DNA of 64,000 bases, taken from Azolla caroliniana (Eukaryota > Plantae > Polypodiophyta). The stretch spans positions 6,572,001 to 6,636,000 of the forward strand of contig JBHGNT010000014.1 of the NCBI GenBank assembly GCA_043228905.1, written 5' to 3'. Both the position numbers and the translations under genes were made by a program. The notes below the pieces were generated by a model that saw only the letters and a program-made list of their open reading frames with translations, was not told the origin of the DNA and ran no database searches. Shown here piece after piece: positions 23,201 to 35,600 of the stretch (the first letter of the stretch is position 1; every line of letters begins with the position of its first letter).

Positions 23201-25946
23201 GACTCGGTCGTGCACTCCCCGCGCAGGAAGCCGAGGAGACGGCTTACGCACAAGGAAAAAGGGAAGAAGAAGGTGTCGAACTATGGCTTGGATAAAGACG
23301 AGTTGAATCGACGCGAGTCCAACTCTGAGGGAAGTGATGACGGGTCTTCTAGAGCGAAGTCCGCGTCGGCTAAGATAGCCTCAACATCGGCTAATGAGCA
23401 ATTGCGCCAATCTACCCGCTAGAAGAACCCTGTTGTGCGGTTCGCATACAACGAGTACATGGTGCATCACTATGCGTACATGACCCGTATAGCGGAAGTG
23501 CATGAGCCGGAGAGCTATGCAGAAGCGGCGAAGGACACAAATTGGCGCGCCGCAATGGAGGAAGAGATGCACGCATTAGCGGAGAATGAAACCTGGAACC
23601 TGGTTGATGCACCGAAAGGTGTGAAGCCGATTGGATGTAGGTGGGTGTACAAGGTCAAGTACAACACTGACGGCTCGGTCAACCGATACAAGGCCCGGTT
23701 AGTAGCGAAAGGCTATGCGTAGAAACACGACATCGACTACGATGAGACGTTTGCGCCGGTCGCGAAGATGACGACCGTTCGTGTTTTGCTCGTGGTAACT
23801 GCGGCAAAGGGGTGGCACTTACATCAGATGGATGTAAAGAATGCATTCCTGCAAGGTAAGCTTGAGGAACAGGTGTACATGTTACAACCCCCTGGATTTC
23901 ACTCTGGAACGAACACTTCGGCAGTGTGCCGATTGAAGAAGTCCCTTTACGGACTAAAGCAAGCCCCGCGTGCCTGGAATGTGAAGATCACGCAACGATT
24001 GTGTCGGTTGGGCTTTGCGATGCCAAAATCAGACTCATTGTTCATCCGGAAAGGTTGACTCGGGCAGGTTAGCATTTTACTTTATGTTGATGACTTGGTC
24101 ATCACCGGCGGCGACTTAGGTGAAATCGACCGCGTGAAGCTCCAACTTGCGGCATTGTTCAACATGAAGGATCTGGGGGATCTTCATTACTTCCTTGGGA
24201 TCGAAGTGATCTGTACCCCCGAAGGCATATTGATCAGCCAACGCCATTACGCGTTGAATATGCTCTTCAAATTCGGGATGGCAGACTGTATAGAACCGTC
24301 AAGCTTCGCCCTGATTTTGGAAAGGTATGCGACCCGACGAGGTTCCGACAGATAGTCGGAAGCCTTATATACTTGACCATCACCCGACCAGATCTTAGCT
24401 ACCCGGTCGGGGTGATTAGTCAGTTCATGGTGCGACTGACCGAGGAGCACCTTCAGTGCGCACAACGCGTACTCTGGTACGTTAGTGGCCCTAAGGACCG
24501 GGGGCTACTATATTGGACCGATACTGCCACGCAGTTGGTCAGTTACACCGATGCTAATTGGGCTGGAAATGCCGCCGATCCCTGATCCACGTCCGGTTTC
24601 GCGTTCTCTCTTGGGAGTGCCACGATTGCGTGGAGTAGCAAGAAGCAGCCGACAGTTGTGCTGTCGAGCACCGAAGCTGAGTATAAAGGAGCGGCTGTCA
24701 CGACATGCAAAGCCATATGGTTGAAGCGACTACTTAAGGATCTTCAGGTGGAGGTATCCGATCCAACGACAATCTACTGCGGAAACCTCAACAACATCCA
24801 GCTAGACAAGAACCCCATCTTCCATGCCCGGACTAAGCACATTGAGGTGCATTACCATTTCATCCGTGAGCGTGTCCTCTCCGGTGAAGTAGAACTTCAG
24901 TATGTTCTGATGGAACGGTAGAACGCCTATATCTGCACCAAGCCTCTTGGTCTGGACAAGTTGTGGCAATTCTCGGGTGCGCTTGGGTTGTGTCACCTCG
25001 ACGTGCCGAATTTGAGGGGGAGAGATGTCCATGATGACCACGGAAGGGAGTAGGAAAGGAGCGGAAAAGACCGTGATGCCGAGTCGGATGATGAATTCGA
25101 TTTCGGATCGGCTGAAGAAGCCGAGGGCGGATCCATGGAAGAGTCCGAAAGCGGAAATAAGGGGAGCAGTCGAAAGAAAGAGCCGAAGCCAACCAATCGT
25201 GGGGGAGATGAACCCATCAAGGGCGAGAAGACCGAAGATGAGTTGGAGACAACCAACTCGGACGAGAGCGAAAACCGATCGGAGGAAGCCGAGTCGGTTC
25301 GGATGTTTGATTCGGATACGCTGAATCAACCAAGGGCCAAGCGGAAGAGAAGGCAGCAGAAGAGGTGTCAACACCACAACAACAAGGAACCTAAGAAGGG
25401 CCGTGTAAGCAGACAAGATGACCGGAAGGGTTGAGGCGCGCGGAATCGAACGGGTTGAGGAGCGCGAGCGAGGCGTGAAGCCAGAAGGAACCAGAGCATA
25501 GATCCGGTGGAGCAGGTGGAACCTCAAGTTGAGCTTGAGGGGGAGTGTTGAGAGATAAGCTCAACATTCGTGCGTAATACGATGCGTAACCCAGTGCGTA
25601 GACTGGGTGCGTAAATCGGTATGCATAACATGGCCGTATCGGTATGTAAACCGAAAGGCCGTTAGAGAGATATTCGTCGTAAGGAATAATTTTGGGATTA
25701 AGTGTCGAGGCTCATTTATGAGTAGTCAAGTACTGTTAGTACTTGTGTCAGCCCTATTGTCAGGGCTTGTATAAAAGGTGCTCAATGAGCACGGTGTATG
25801 TACAGATTGAGTATTATTTGAATTGAGTTTCTCTGTGTTCTCTCTCTCTGTCTCTCTCCTGCGTACTGTGTATATTCAAGCTCTCCATTAAACCTGCATA
25901 TTTTCTGTGTTCGGTTTTCTATTGCTTCCGCACATAATATTTTTCA
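20272..25946 (+). mobile_element. Copia E, full-length, polyprotein broken by stops
   Basis: LTRs 20272-20668 and 25546-25946; PBS TGGTATTAGAGC at 20669; PPT GAGCTTGAGGGGGAG; TSD CCTTC; gag [49 protein letters not shown]. Confidence 0.95.
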
Positions 25947-28034
25947 CCTTCTCGTGATTCTCACACACTCTTTCCTTTGTTAGTACTAATTCTCATATCT
26001 TCTTATCCCCCCTGTCCTTCATACAAATCCTCTTATCCTTCATTCCTCCAATACTATGGTGTTGAGTGGACAAGCTCAACCGGATCCGGATCCAGATCAA
26101 AGTCTGGAATGAAGAACCGGATCGGTGTCCGGATGGTATCCAGAACCAGGATTCGGATTGGATTACAACCGGTAGGTCGTAAGACGCCTACGAATCTAGC
26201 CTAGTACGTAGGCATATTTTTAGGAGTCAGTGTCAATCGCTCGTATGAGCATTGAAGTACATGTCAGTACTTCTGTCAGTCTGTGTAAGGACTTGTATAA
26301 AAGTGCTCACTAAGCACATTGTATATATAAAGCGTTATTATTTTGAATTGAGTTGATGCTATTATGCTCTCTCTGTCTCTCCCATGAACTGTGTATTCTA
26401 AGCTTCCATTAAACCTGTGTTTATTCTCTATTGCTATCCGGTGCAACCGGTTTTGTCAAACCTTCCGCATATTAACTTTCACATGGCATCAGAGCGTGAG
26501 GATTGAGAACCTCTACTGTGGACGAGATTTCCAAAGACAAACTCTAACTTCCGAAAAAGCACAGACCGAAAAGAAGGAAGATATGGACCGAAAAGCACAG
26601 ACGGAAATGCTCGACTGGAGCAATTATGGATCCTAGTCATGTAAAATGCACCAGTACCTGCTTGGGCATAAATACATGACCTACGTGGAAGGAGCAAATG
26701 TAGCAACGTTGGATTCAACACACAAGGATTTCACGGTATGGGAGCAAGGAGCAAGCAGAGTGTTGTATTGCCTTGCATCCTGTATGCATGACCAGATGGT
26801 CGGCTACATCAGGGATGCAAAAACGCTGAAAGAGGCCTGGGAAAATCTCTAGAAGATTTTCGCCGCAAGTACCACAACTCGGAAGTTACAACTCCGGCAA
26901 GAGCTCAATAGTATCCGGTAATGGGACATGTCGGTCACCGACTACAACACCAAGATGAAGGAGATCTGTGACGCGCTCGGTTCCATCAACGTGATGGTGG
27001 ACAAGGAAGAGATGGTTCAGATCTGCCTTGGTGGTCTAGTACAATGGTACGGGCCAAACCGGACAACGATTTGTACCCGGGAGAAACCACCATTCTTCTT
27101 CGACCTGCAATCTATGTTGAGTGGGTCAAGGACCACTCAATCTGACAACCGGATGTTGTACACGGAGGCGGATCGGCCCGTGGGCATGGAGGGCATGGTG
27201 AGTTAGCAGGCAATAATGTCGGCCGGCAAGAGCAGAACCGGAGGCACAAAGATAGTGTCGACAAAAGTTCCAAACCCTCCACAAGTAGGGGGAGTCAAGG
27301 CGGTGCCGGGAGCCGTCAAGAGAAGACTGCGGACTATTGGTATTGTGGCCAAAAGGGCCACAAAGAGAGTGAGTGTTGGAAGAAGCGCGTGGATTCGGAT
27401 AAATCCGGTTCTGGTAAGGCCGGACAGTGGAACCAACATAGCTCCCACTACACAGAAGGATAGAAAGGATTTGGAACCGGAAAGACCAGAAAAGGGCCAA
27501 CCTTTGTGATGAAACACAAGGGGAACTCGATGAAGAAGACCACTTCCGAATCAGAAGAAGTGTGGTCATTGACTCCGGAGCATCTAACGATATGACGAGT
27601 CAGGTAGAGTGGTTCTTGTCAGGAATAGTACTAAGACAGAGAAGGAATTAGTACTAAAAGAAGTATTAGTACTAAGAGAGGTGAAGAACTCTCGAGAGAA
27701 GGAAAGAGTGAGTGAGAGAGAGGGAGAGAGAGATCGAGAGAGAGAGAGAGTGATGATAAGAAAAGATATATATTATGTGAAGAAAATGTATAGTAGCTAG
27801 GAGGCTTAAGACTAGTGTTGAACCGATTTGGTTCGAAATAATGCCTTGTGCCTCCTTTTATAGTGTTCTAAGGAATACTCCTGAAGTTTCTAGAATGTTC
27901 CAGAGAAATCTGGAATATACATCAATTTTCTATAATAAAACATAAATGAAAAATAATATTCTACGTATTACAATGTATAGTCTAATGGTCAAGAGCTCGA
28001 CCCATGTAGCATAAGGTCATGGGTTCGAGTCTTG

Positions 28035-31000
28035 TCCTAGCCAATCGACTAGATAGTAGAGCTTGTTGCCAACAAGCTTGGAATCAAGGATGGCGGCAAC
28101 CTCGTACTCAGGTCCATCTTCAAGCTCAATCGGGGGTGGAGGCTGTGTAATACGTCCTGGGATGGTGCTCTCTTGATAGGGTTCGAGGAGAGAACTATGA
28201 AACACCGGATGTATCCGAAGTTGTGGAGGTAGATCAAGACGAAAAGCGACATCATTAATCTTTCCTATAATACGGAAAGGACCTAATCGCCGATAATCCA
28301 ACTTCTCGCATGGGCGAGTGGTCCTGATGTGTCATCGGAGTAGTCATACCCGATCTCCAATGTTAAAACTAGATGGGAGTTGATGACGATCCGCATAAAC
28401 CTTGTGTGTTTGTTGAGCTTGTTGGAGGTGAGTAGATACGTCCGCTTGTATCTTGCGTAACCTCTCCAAACGATCTTCTGCGCAAGGATTTGTGGACACC
28501 TCTAGGGTTTCAAGTACACACCACCGGGGGTGACATCTCGTATAAGCATAAAATGGCGTAACTTTAGTGGATGCGTGGATAGAGTTGTTATAGGCAAATT
28601 CGGCGAAGTGGAGGATATTTGCCCAGTCATCCTGATGATAGCTGAGAAAGCACCGCAGATACTGCTCCAACGTTTGATTGGTTCGTTCGGCTTGGCCATC
28701 GGTTTGGGGTGGTAGCCGGAGGAGAGGTTACAAGTGACCTTGAGCATGTTAAAAGGGTGCTTCCAGAATTTTGACATGAACTGGGTTCCACGGTCGCTGA
28801 TGATACTATCGGGAAGTCCATGATGCCGACATACTTCACGCATGACAATTTCGGCAATGTCTTCACTAGAGATCTCCTTAGTACATGGCAAGAAATGAGC
28901 CATCTTCGTATATCGATCGACCACCGTTAGAATCGCATTGAACCCCTTAGAGACTGGAAGATCTGTGATGAAGTCTAGAGCAATAGATTGCCACGGCTTG
29001 CTTGGAATTGGTAATGGTTCTAATAAACCATATGGATGATGCCTTGGCATTTTCGCTCTGCAGCATGTATCATAAGTCCGAACAAAATCCTCGACAAATT
29101 GTCGCATACAGGGCCACCAGAATGATCGTTGTACTAAATGTAATGTTTTAGTACTACCAAAATGCCCAGCTGTATATGTGTCATGACAGTTTTGTACTAC
29201 TTGAAGGTGGCAAGAACCATTAGGAACATACAAAAGTTCTTTAAAGAAGAGTAATCCATCATGGTATTTGAATTGCCGATAGTCCGTACCTGGTGGTTGC
29301 GATTGTGAACACAACGCTCGAGAGGGATCAATTTGTGCTAGTATAGCTTGGGCAAACGCATCTGTCTTCAAGTCTTCGTGTATGGTATCGATAACGCGGG
29401 AATCCATGGGCATGTCAAAGATCTGTGTTGCTTGTAGTCGTGCTGGTCCCAAGATGACTTGTTTTTGGTTATCGAAAGCTGGCTCGCCGGGACGGGGTGC
29501 TAGATACGAACGCCGTGATAATGCATCTGCCTTCCCTTGGTGCTTCCCCGGACGATAGTAATTTTGAAGTCAAAACGCGTGAGGAAGTGGGCCCACCGAG
29601 CTTGACGTCGATTCAACACACGAGCATCCTGAAAGTAGGCAAGGTTCTTGTGGTCACTAAATACAGTGACCGGATGAGAGGATCCCTCTAGAAAATGCCT
29701 CCATTGCATAAAAGAATCCACTATTGCTAATAGCTCCTTATCATGAATTTCGTAGTTGATTTCAGCGGTGTCAAACTTGCGTGAGTGAAAAGCCACAGGA
29801 TGTAGCTTCTCATCATTCCCCTGTTGTGACAGAATGCTCCCCAATGCAAAATCCGATGCGTCAGCTTCGATAATGAATGGTTTTTCCGGATCGACATGAG
29901 CTAGAATTGGAGCTGATGTAAATGCCTTTTTAAGACTCTCGAAAGCCATGTCCGTTTCTTCAGACCAGATGAACGGTTGTCCCTTCCTGGTAAGTTGTGT
30001 GAGAGGTAGAACGATCTTTGAGTAATCTTGTATGAACTTCCGGTAAAAATTGGCAAAGCCTAGGAAGCATTGCACATCCCGCACCGAACGCGGAGTCTGC
30101 CATTCTACCACCGTTTTGACCTTAGCTGGGTCCATGGAGATGCCTTCTGACGAAATGATGTACCCGAGAAATTCCACTTGGTTGCACCCGAAACTACATT
30201 TTTCCAGCTTTGCATACAGACCATGTTCTCGAAGTCGTTTTAGTACTAATAGTACATGAGAATCATGTTCTTCTTGGGTCTTTGAATAAACCAGTAGATC
30301 ATCCAAATAGATGATCAAACAATCATCCAATAGATCTCGGAATATATCATTAGCCATGTGCTGAAAGACTGCTGGCGCATTAGTGAGACCGAACGGCATG
30401 ACCGTATACTCGAAGTGCCCATATCTGGTGCGAAAACACGGTCTTCCATTTGTCTCTTGGTCGGATCCGTACGAGGTTATATGCTCCCCCCGTAAGTCGA
30501 TCTTCGTGAAGAACCTGGCACCATTGATCCGTTCTAAAAGACTTGAGATAAGGGGAAGAGCATACCTATTCCTGATTGTAACCTTATTCAGGCCACGATA
30601 ATGTACAACGAGACGAAGCGATCCATCCTTTTTCTTGACGAAGAAAATGGGCGCGCCAACTGGAGATTTCGAATGCCGAATGAAACCATTTTCCAAATTC
30701 TCCTCTATATAGGCCCGAAGGACTTCCAGCTCAGTTGGTGACAAATTGTAGATCGGTCCCCATGGCGGCTCTTTTCTTGGTTGTAAATCGATGGGGCAAT
30801 CGTACGGTCGATGATGAGAAAGTGTGTTGGCTTGTACTTTATCGAACACATCGATGTAATGACGATACTTCTTGGGAAGTTGAACGGTGGATTCTTCTTT
30901 AGTGGTGCTGGAGGGGTTTACTGATATTGCAAAGAGGAACATTTCTTCCTTGCGCCCTTCTTTATGCAACTGACAGAGCGAAATGGTTGCCATCTTCTGA

Positions 31001-31435
31001 GTTGACCCTTGGGTTTGTCGACACCGGATTTCTCTTGTTCTCCAATCTATGTCTGGGTTGGAACTCGAACCACGGTAATCCTAAAACTATGGGATGTTCT
31101 GGGATACTAATAATATTAAATGATACTACACATGCTAAGTTATCTAGGACAATATTAATGGGCTCTGACTCTTCTATGATATTTCCGGAAGCAATGGGAC
31201 GTCCATCAATGACTACTACAGAGGCTGGACACTGGAGTTTTCTTAGGGATATCTTATGAGCTTGAGCAAATTTCTTATCCATAAAGCAAGAGTTAGCTCC
31301 GGAATCTAGGAGTGCTAGGACATGTACTGGAGGGGTACTTTTAGTACTAACTATTACTTGGGCTACGAACACATCACTAACTTGCTTAGAGGGAATGGAA
31401 CCACTAATGGGCTGCACAGATCTAGGGCTGTCCAA
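28035..31435 (-). pseudogene. Pol of chromovirus B (frameshifted, chromodomain truncated)
   Basis: PR LLDSGA, RT YLDD, RH EADASD, INT IALDFITDLP and chromodomain start EYEVAAILD, spread over several frames. Confidence 0.9.
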
Positions 31436-31461
31436 CCAAACGGCTCCTATTTTGGCTGGAC

Positions 31462-32613
31462 TTAGTCGTTTAACTCTTCTTCTAACTGACTAAGGACATC
31501 AAATCTGTTTGCTAGATCTGGGCTATTAGTACTATTAGGACTATCAGATATCCCTACTGAAATAGGCTCGGGTTTAGTACAATTAGAACTATCGATTATT
31601 TGGTTTACCTGTCTTCTTGGCCTATGGGGGCAATTTATTGCAATATGTCCTGGTCCACCGCAGTAAAGACATAGTCGATTTGTACGGCGTCGTTGCTTTT
31701 CTTCTTCGGATAATGGCCCTCGACGACGTGTAGTGTCAATCTCCATCGGAGTCGGAGTATTCGCTGGAGGCGCATTATATGACTCCCTCGGAGAAGGTCT
31801 TGATACCACTGAGGCGTAGGTGGGCTTTGATCTTGCCCTCGGCATTTGTAGCTGTCGTTCCGAACGTCGCTCAAAGAGGCGGTTGTCACATCTCACCGCA
31901 CGACTGATTGCTTCTGTTAAGGACTTTGGCTCTTCGGGGAAGGTCAAGAGTAAATCCTTGACGTCATTGTGTAAACCATAACAGAATTGCTCCATCAATG
32001 CTTGATCATCCCAAGGGATATCGGCAGCGAGTAGGTGAAAATCTGCAGCGTATGCAGAGGCTGGACGGTCACCTTGGCGTAATTGCCGAATTTTGTTGAT
32101 TGCGGTCCTGATGCTGTCAGTATCTCCGAAACATGCTTTAAACTCACCTAGAAACTCTTCAAAATTGTTGAGTAACGGAGATTCCTTTTCTAATAGTGGA
32201 GCGAACCATGCCAACGCTGAGCCACTTAACAAAGTGCCTACTAAACCCACTCGTGATGCATCGGTGGGATATCGGGAAGGATGCATTTGAATAACTAATC
32301 GTACTTGGTTAAGGAACCCTCTAAACTGCGATCGCGTTCCATCGAACTTCGTGGGAAGGCCAATCTTGGGTTCTTTATGAATCCCTTGTGTTCCGGGCCC
32401 TTGTTGTTGCATCGCTACGATGGTGGCTTCGAGTTGTTGCACGCGTAACGCAAGTTCCCCATGCTGTTGTTGCGTTTGCTGCTTTTCTAAGGAGATTTGC
32501 TGAAGATCCCCCAACAACCGTTGGTTTTCTTGTTCCAAAGCATGGAACTTCTCTTTCAAGCATTGAAATTCCGAGAAAACAGATTGATATTCTTCAGCGC
32601 TAACAATGGCCAT
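31462..32613 (-). CDS. Gag of chromovirus B (383 aa, open)
   Basis: EPKIGLPTKFDG, PTPMEID and CLYCGGPGHIAINC motifs; near-identical to 53485-54654. Confidence 0.88.
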   Translation of the reverse strand: MAIVSAEEYQSVFSEFQCLKEKFHALEQENQRLLGDLQQISLEKQQTQQQHGELALRVQQLEATIVAMQQQGPGTQGIHKEPKIGLPTKFDGTRSQFRGFLNQVRLVIQMHPSRYPTDASRVGLVGTLLSGSALAWFAPLLEKESPLLNNFEEFLGEFKACFGDTDSIRTAINKIRQLRQGDRPASAYAADFHLLAADIPWDDQALMEQFCYGLHNDVKDLLLTFPEEPKSLTEAISRAVRCDNRLFERRSERQLQMPRARSKPTYASVVSRPSPRESYNAPPANTPTPMEIDTTRRRGPLSEEEKQRRRTNRLCLYCGGPGHIAINCPHRPRRQVNQIIDSSNCTKPEPISVGISDSPNSTNSPDLANRFDVLSQLEEELND

Positions 32614-35600
32614 GGGATGAAAGAAAAGAGGAATAAGAGATTAGTAGGAAATGAGGGAGACAGAAGGTAAGGAAAATCGGTTCAAACTGTCAGGAACAAT
32701 ACTAAGACAGAGAAGGAATTAGTACTAAAAGAAGTATTAGTACTAAGAGAGGTGAAGAACTCTCGAGAGAAGGAAAGAATGAGTGAGAGAGAGGGAGAGA
32801 GAGATCGAGAGAGAGAGAGAGAGATGATAAGAAAAGATATATATTATGTGAAGAAAATGTACAGTAGCTAGGAGGCTTAAGACTGGCGTTGAACTGATTT
32901 GGTTCGAAATAATGCCTTGTGCCTCCTTTTATAGTGTTCTAAGGAATACTCCTGAAGTTTCTAGAATGTTCCAGAGAAATCTAGAATATACATCAATTTT
33001 CTATAATAAAACATAAATGAAAATAATATTCTACGTATTATAATGTATAGTCTAATGGTCAAGAGCTCGACCCATGTAGCATAAGGTCATGGGTTCGAGT
33101 CTTGCCATATCATGACAGTTCTTGTTTCTAGAGAGGGTGGAGCAACTAGGAGTTGTCAAAAACGGAGATGACACTCCTCACCAAATCATGCATGTCTGAG
33201 AAGTTCCCTTGAGTCATGTTGGGCAAAAGGGGAACCTTATGAATGAGCTTCACGTCCCAACAATCACAAAGAACTTGGTGTCGGTCGGACAGATCGTCGA
33301 CCAGGGGATGCAGGTGCAGTTAATGTACCTCGGGTGCTTCACCGAGGAAGAGGGCCAAGTCATTGTGCAAGGGCGCCAAGATGGGAGGGAGGGTGTTTAT
33401 CCTTGACATTAACGACATTGGCATCGCTATGTTCACAAAAGGGCAGAAGCTCGAATCGGATATTGACCTGTGGCACTAGCGGATTGGCCACGTCAACTAC
33501 CGGAGGCTTCAGGACCTGTAATTGAAACAAGTTGTTTCCGGATTGCCAAAATTTAGTGGCCGAAAGGCCCAAATTTGTGAAGCCTGCCAACGCGGGAAGC
33601 AACACCGGCTTCCATTCCCCACTGAAAGAAACCAGAGCCAGAACAAGCTCAATGTAATACATTCGGACGTATGGGGACCGACATAGAACGTTAGTCTTGG
33701 TGAGAGTCGATATTTCGTTACCTTCATCGACGACTACAACCGGCACACGTGGATCTACCTCATCGAGAAGAAACACGAAGTTTTCGATTGTTTCCGGAAC
33801 TTGTAGAGTTTAGTTGAATGGGAAATGGAAAGGAAGATCAAGTGCATGTGGTCGGATGGTGGAAAAGAATACTTTTCTGGCCAATTCAAACGGTATGGGT
33901 ATAACAAGTACATGGCGCATCACTATGTGTACATGACGAAGGTGGCGGAAGTGCATGAGCCAGAGAGCTATGCAGTAGTGGCAAAAGATGCACAATAGCA
34001 TGCCGCTATGGAGGAAGAGATGCGGGCACTTGATGCCAACAACACATGGGACCTGGTTGACCCTCCCCAACATTGCAAATAGATCGGTTGTAAGTGGGTG
34101 TACAAGGTGAAGTATAATGTTGATGGTTAGGTCAACCGGTACAAGGCCCGGTTAGTGGCCAAAGGATACGTGCAGACCCACGAAATCGACTACGACGAGA
34201 CTTTCGCTCCGGTAGCGAAGATGACGACAGTTCGTGTGGTGCTAGCGGTTGCTACAGCAAGGGGATGACAACTTCACCAAATGGACGTGAAGAATGCATT
34301 TCTTCAAGGCGATCTTGAAGAAAACAGGTCTACATGATCCAAGCCCTCCGTTTCTAGTCAGAGAAGAACAAGTCGGTAGTCAGCCGACTCATAAAGTCCC
34401 TTTACGACTTGAAGCAGGCCCCCGTGCTTGGAATTTGAAGATCACGCACCGGTTGCGTAAGATGGGCTTTGCGGCCTCCAAGCCGAACTCCTCATTATTC
34501 ATCCGGAAAGGTCCGGACGGTCCGGTATGTATTCTGTTATATGTGGATGATCTAGTCATCACTGGACCCAGACTTGCTGAAATCAATCGAGTGAAGTTCC
34601 AACTGTCGGACGCATTCGAAATGAAGGACCTGGGAGACCTTCATTACTTCCTTGGGATCGAAGTGATCCACACCCCTGACGGCATATTGTTGTCCCAACA
34701 AAATTATGTGTTGAATATGTTGTACAAGTTTGGTATGATGATTTGCAGACCGATCTTGACACCCCTGGACCAGAACCTAAAGCTTCATCCCGACTCTGAA
34801 CCGGCCTGCGATGAGAAACTGTTTCGACAAATCGTCGAAAGTCTTATTTATTTGATGATCACCCGACCTGCCATTAACTATCTAGTCGGAGCAATAAGTC
34901 AGTTCATGTATAAGCCGACTATGGAGCACCATTTGTGCGCGCACTGAATATTGAGGTATGTTAGCGGCAGTAAGGACCAGGGACTGTTATACCGATGTGG
35001 TATAACCGAGAAGCTAGTCGGATATACAGATGCTGACTGGTCCGGAGACACGTTGGATCGACAATCCACTTCCGGATTCATGTTCTCTACTGGTAGCACG
35101 AATGTTGCATGGAGCAACAAAAAACAAACAAATGTGGCTCTATCGAGCACTGAGGCTGAGTATTGGGGCGCTACTGTTGCCATCTGTGAAGCCATTTGGC
35201 TTCATCAACTACTGTGAGACCTTCGGATCGAAGTAACGACTCCGATCACGATCTACTATGACAACATGAGCAACATGCAGCTGGCCAAGAACCCCGTGTT
35301 CCATGCTTGGACGAAGCACATAGAAGTACATTATCACTTTGTACGCGAGCGGGTCCGAAACGGTGAAATAGAACTCCGGTATGTTCGGACGGATCGATAG
35401 GTTGCCGACATCTTCACTAAGGCCCTTGGGACTGACAAGTTGCAACACTTCTCGGAGATGCTTGGTTTTCAACATCTCTACATACCTCACTTGAGGGGGA
35501 GAAAGGAGGAAATCATAAAGGCCGGTAATGGCACTGGAGAGAAGGAAACTGGAACCGGGGGAGACAAGAAGAAAAAGGATGCCGAGACAACTGAAGAAGT

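Larger units (their letters stand above)
27617..33117 (-). mobile_element. Chromovirus B (same family as C), minus strand; PPT, chromodomain end and U3 tip deleted at ~28035
   Basis: LTRs 32688-33117 and 27617-~28034; TSD GTTCT at 27612-27616 and 33118-33122. Confidence 0.93.

Noticed and set aside
24802-25527. 241-aa antisense ORF (also 51089-51718)
   Set aside because: Shadow of the purine-rich sense extension; the E and H antisense ORFs are not in a consistent frame.
33040-33117. Functional tRNA genes in the LTRs
   Set aside because: Acceptor and anticodon stems do not pair, so these are reported only as tRNA-like promoter cassettes.
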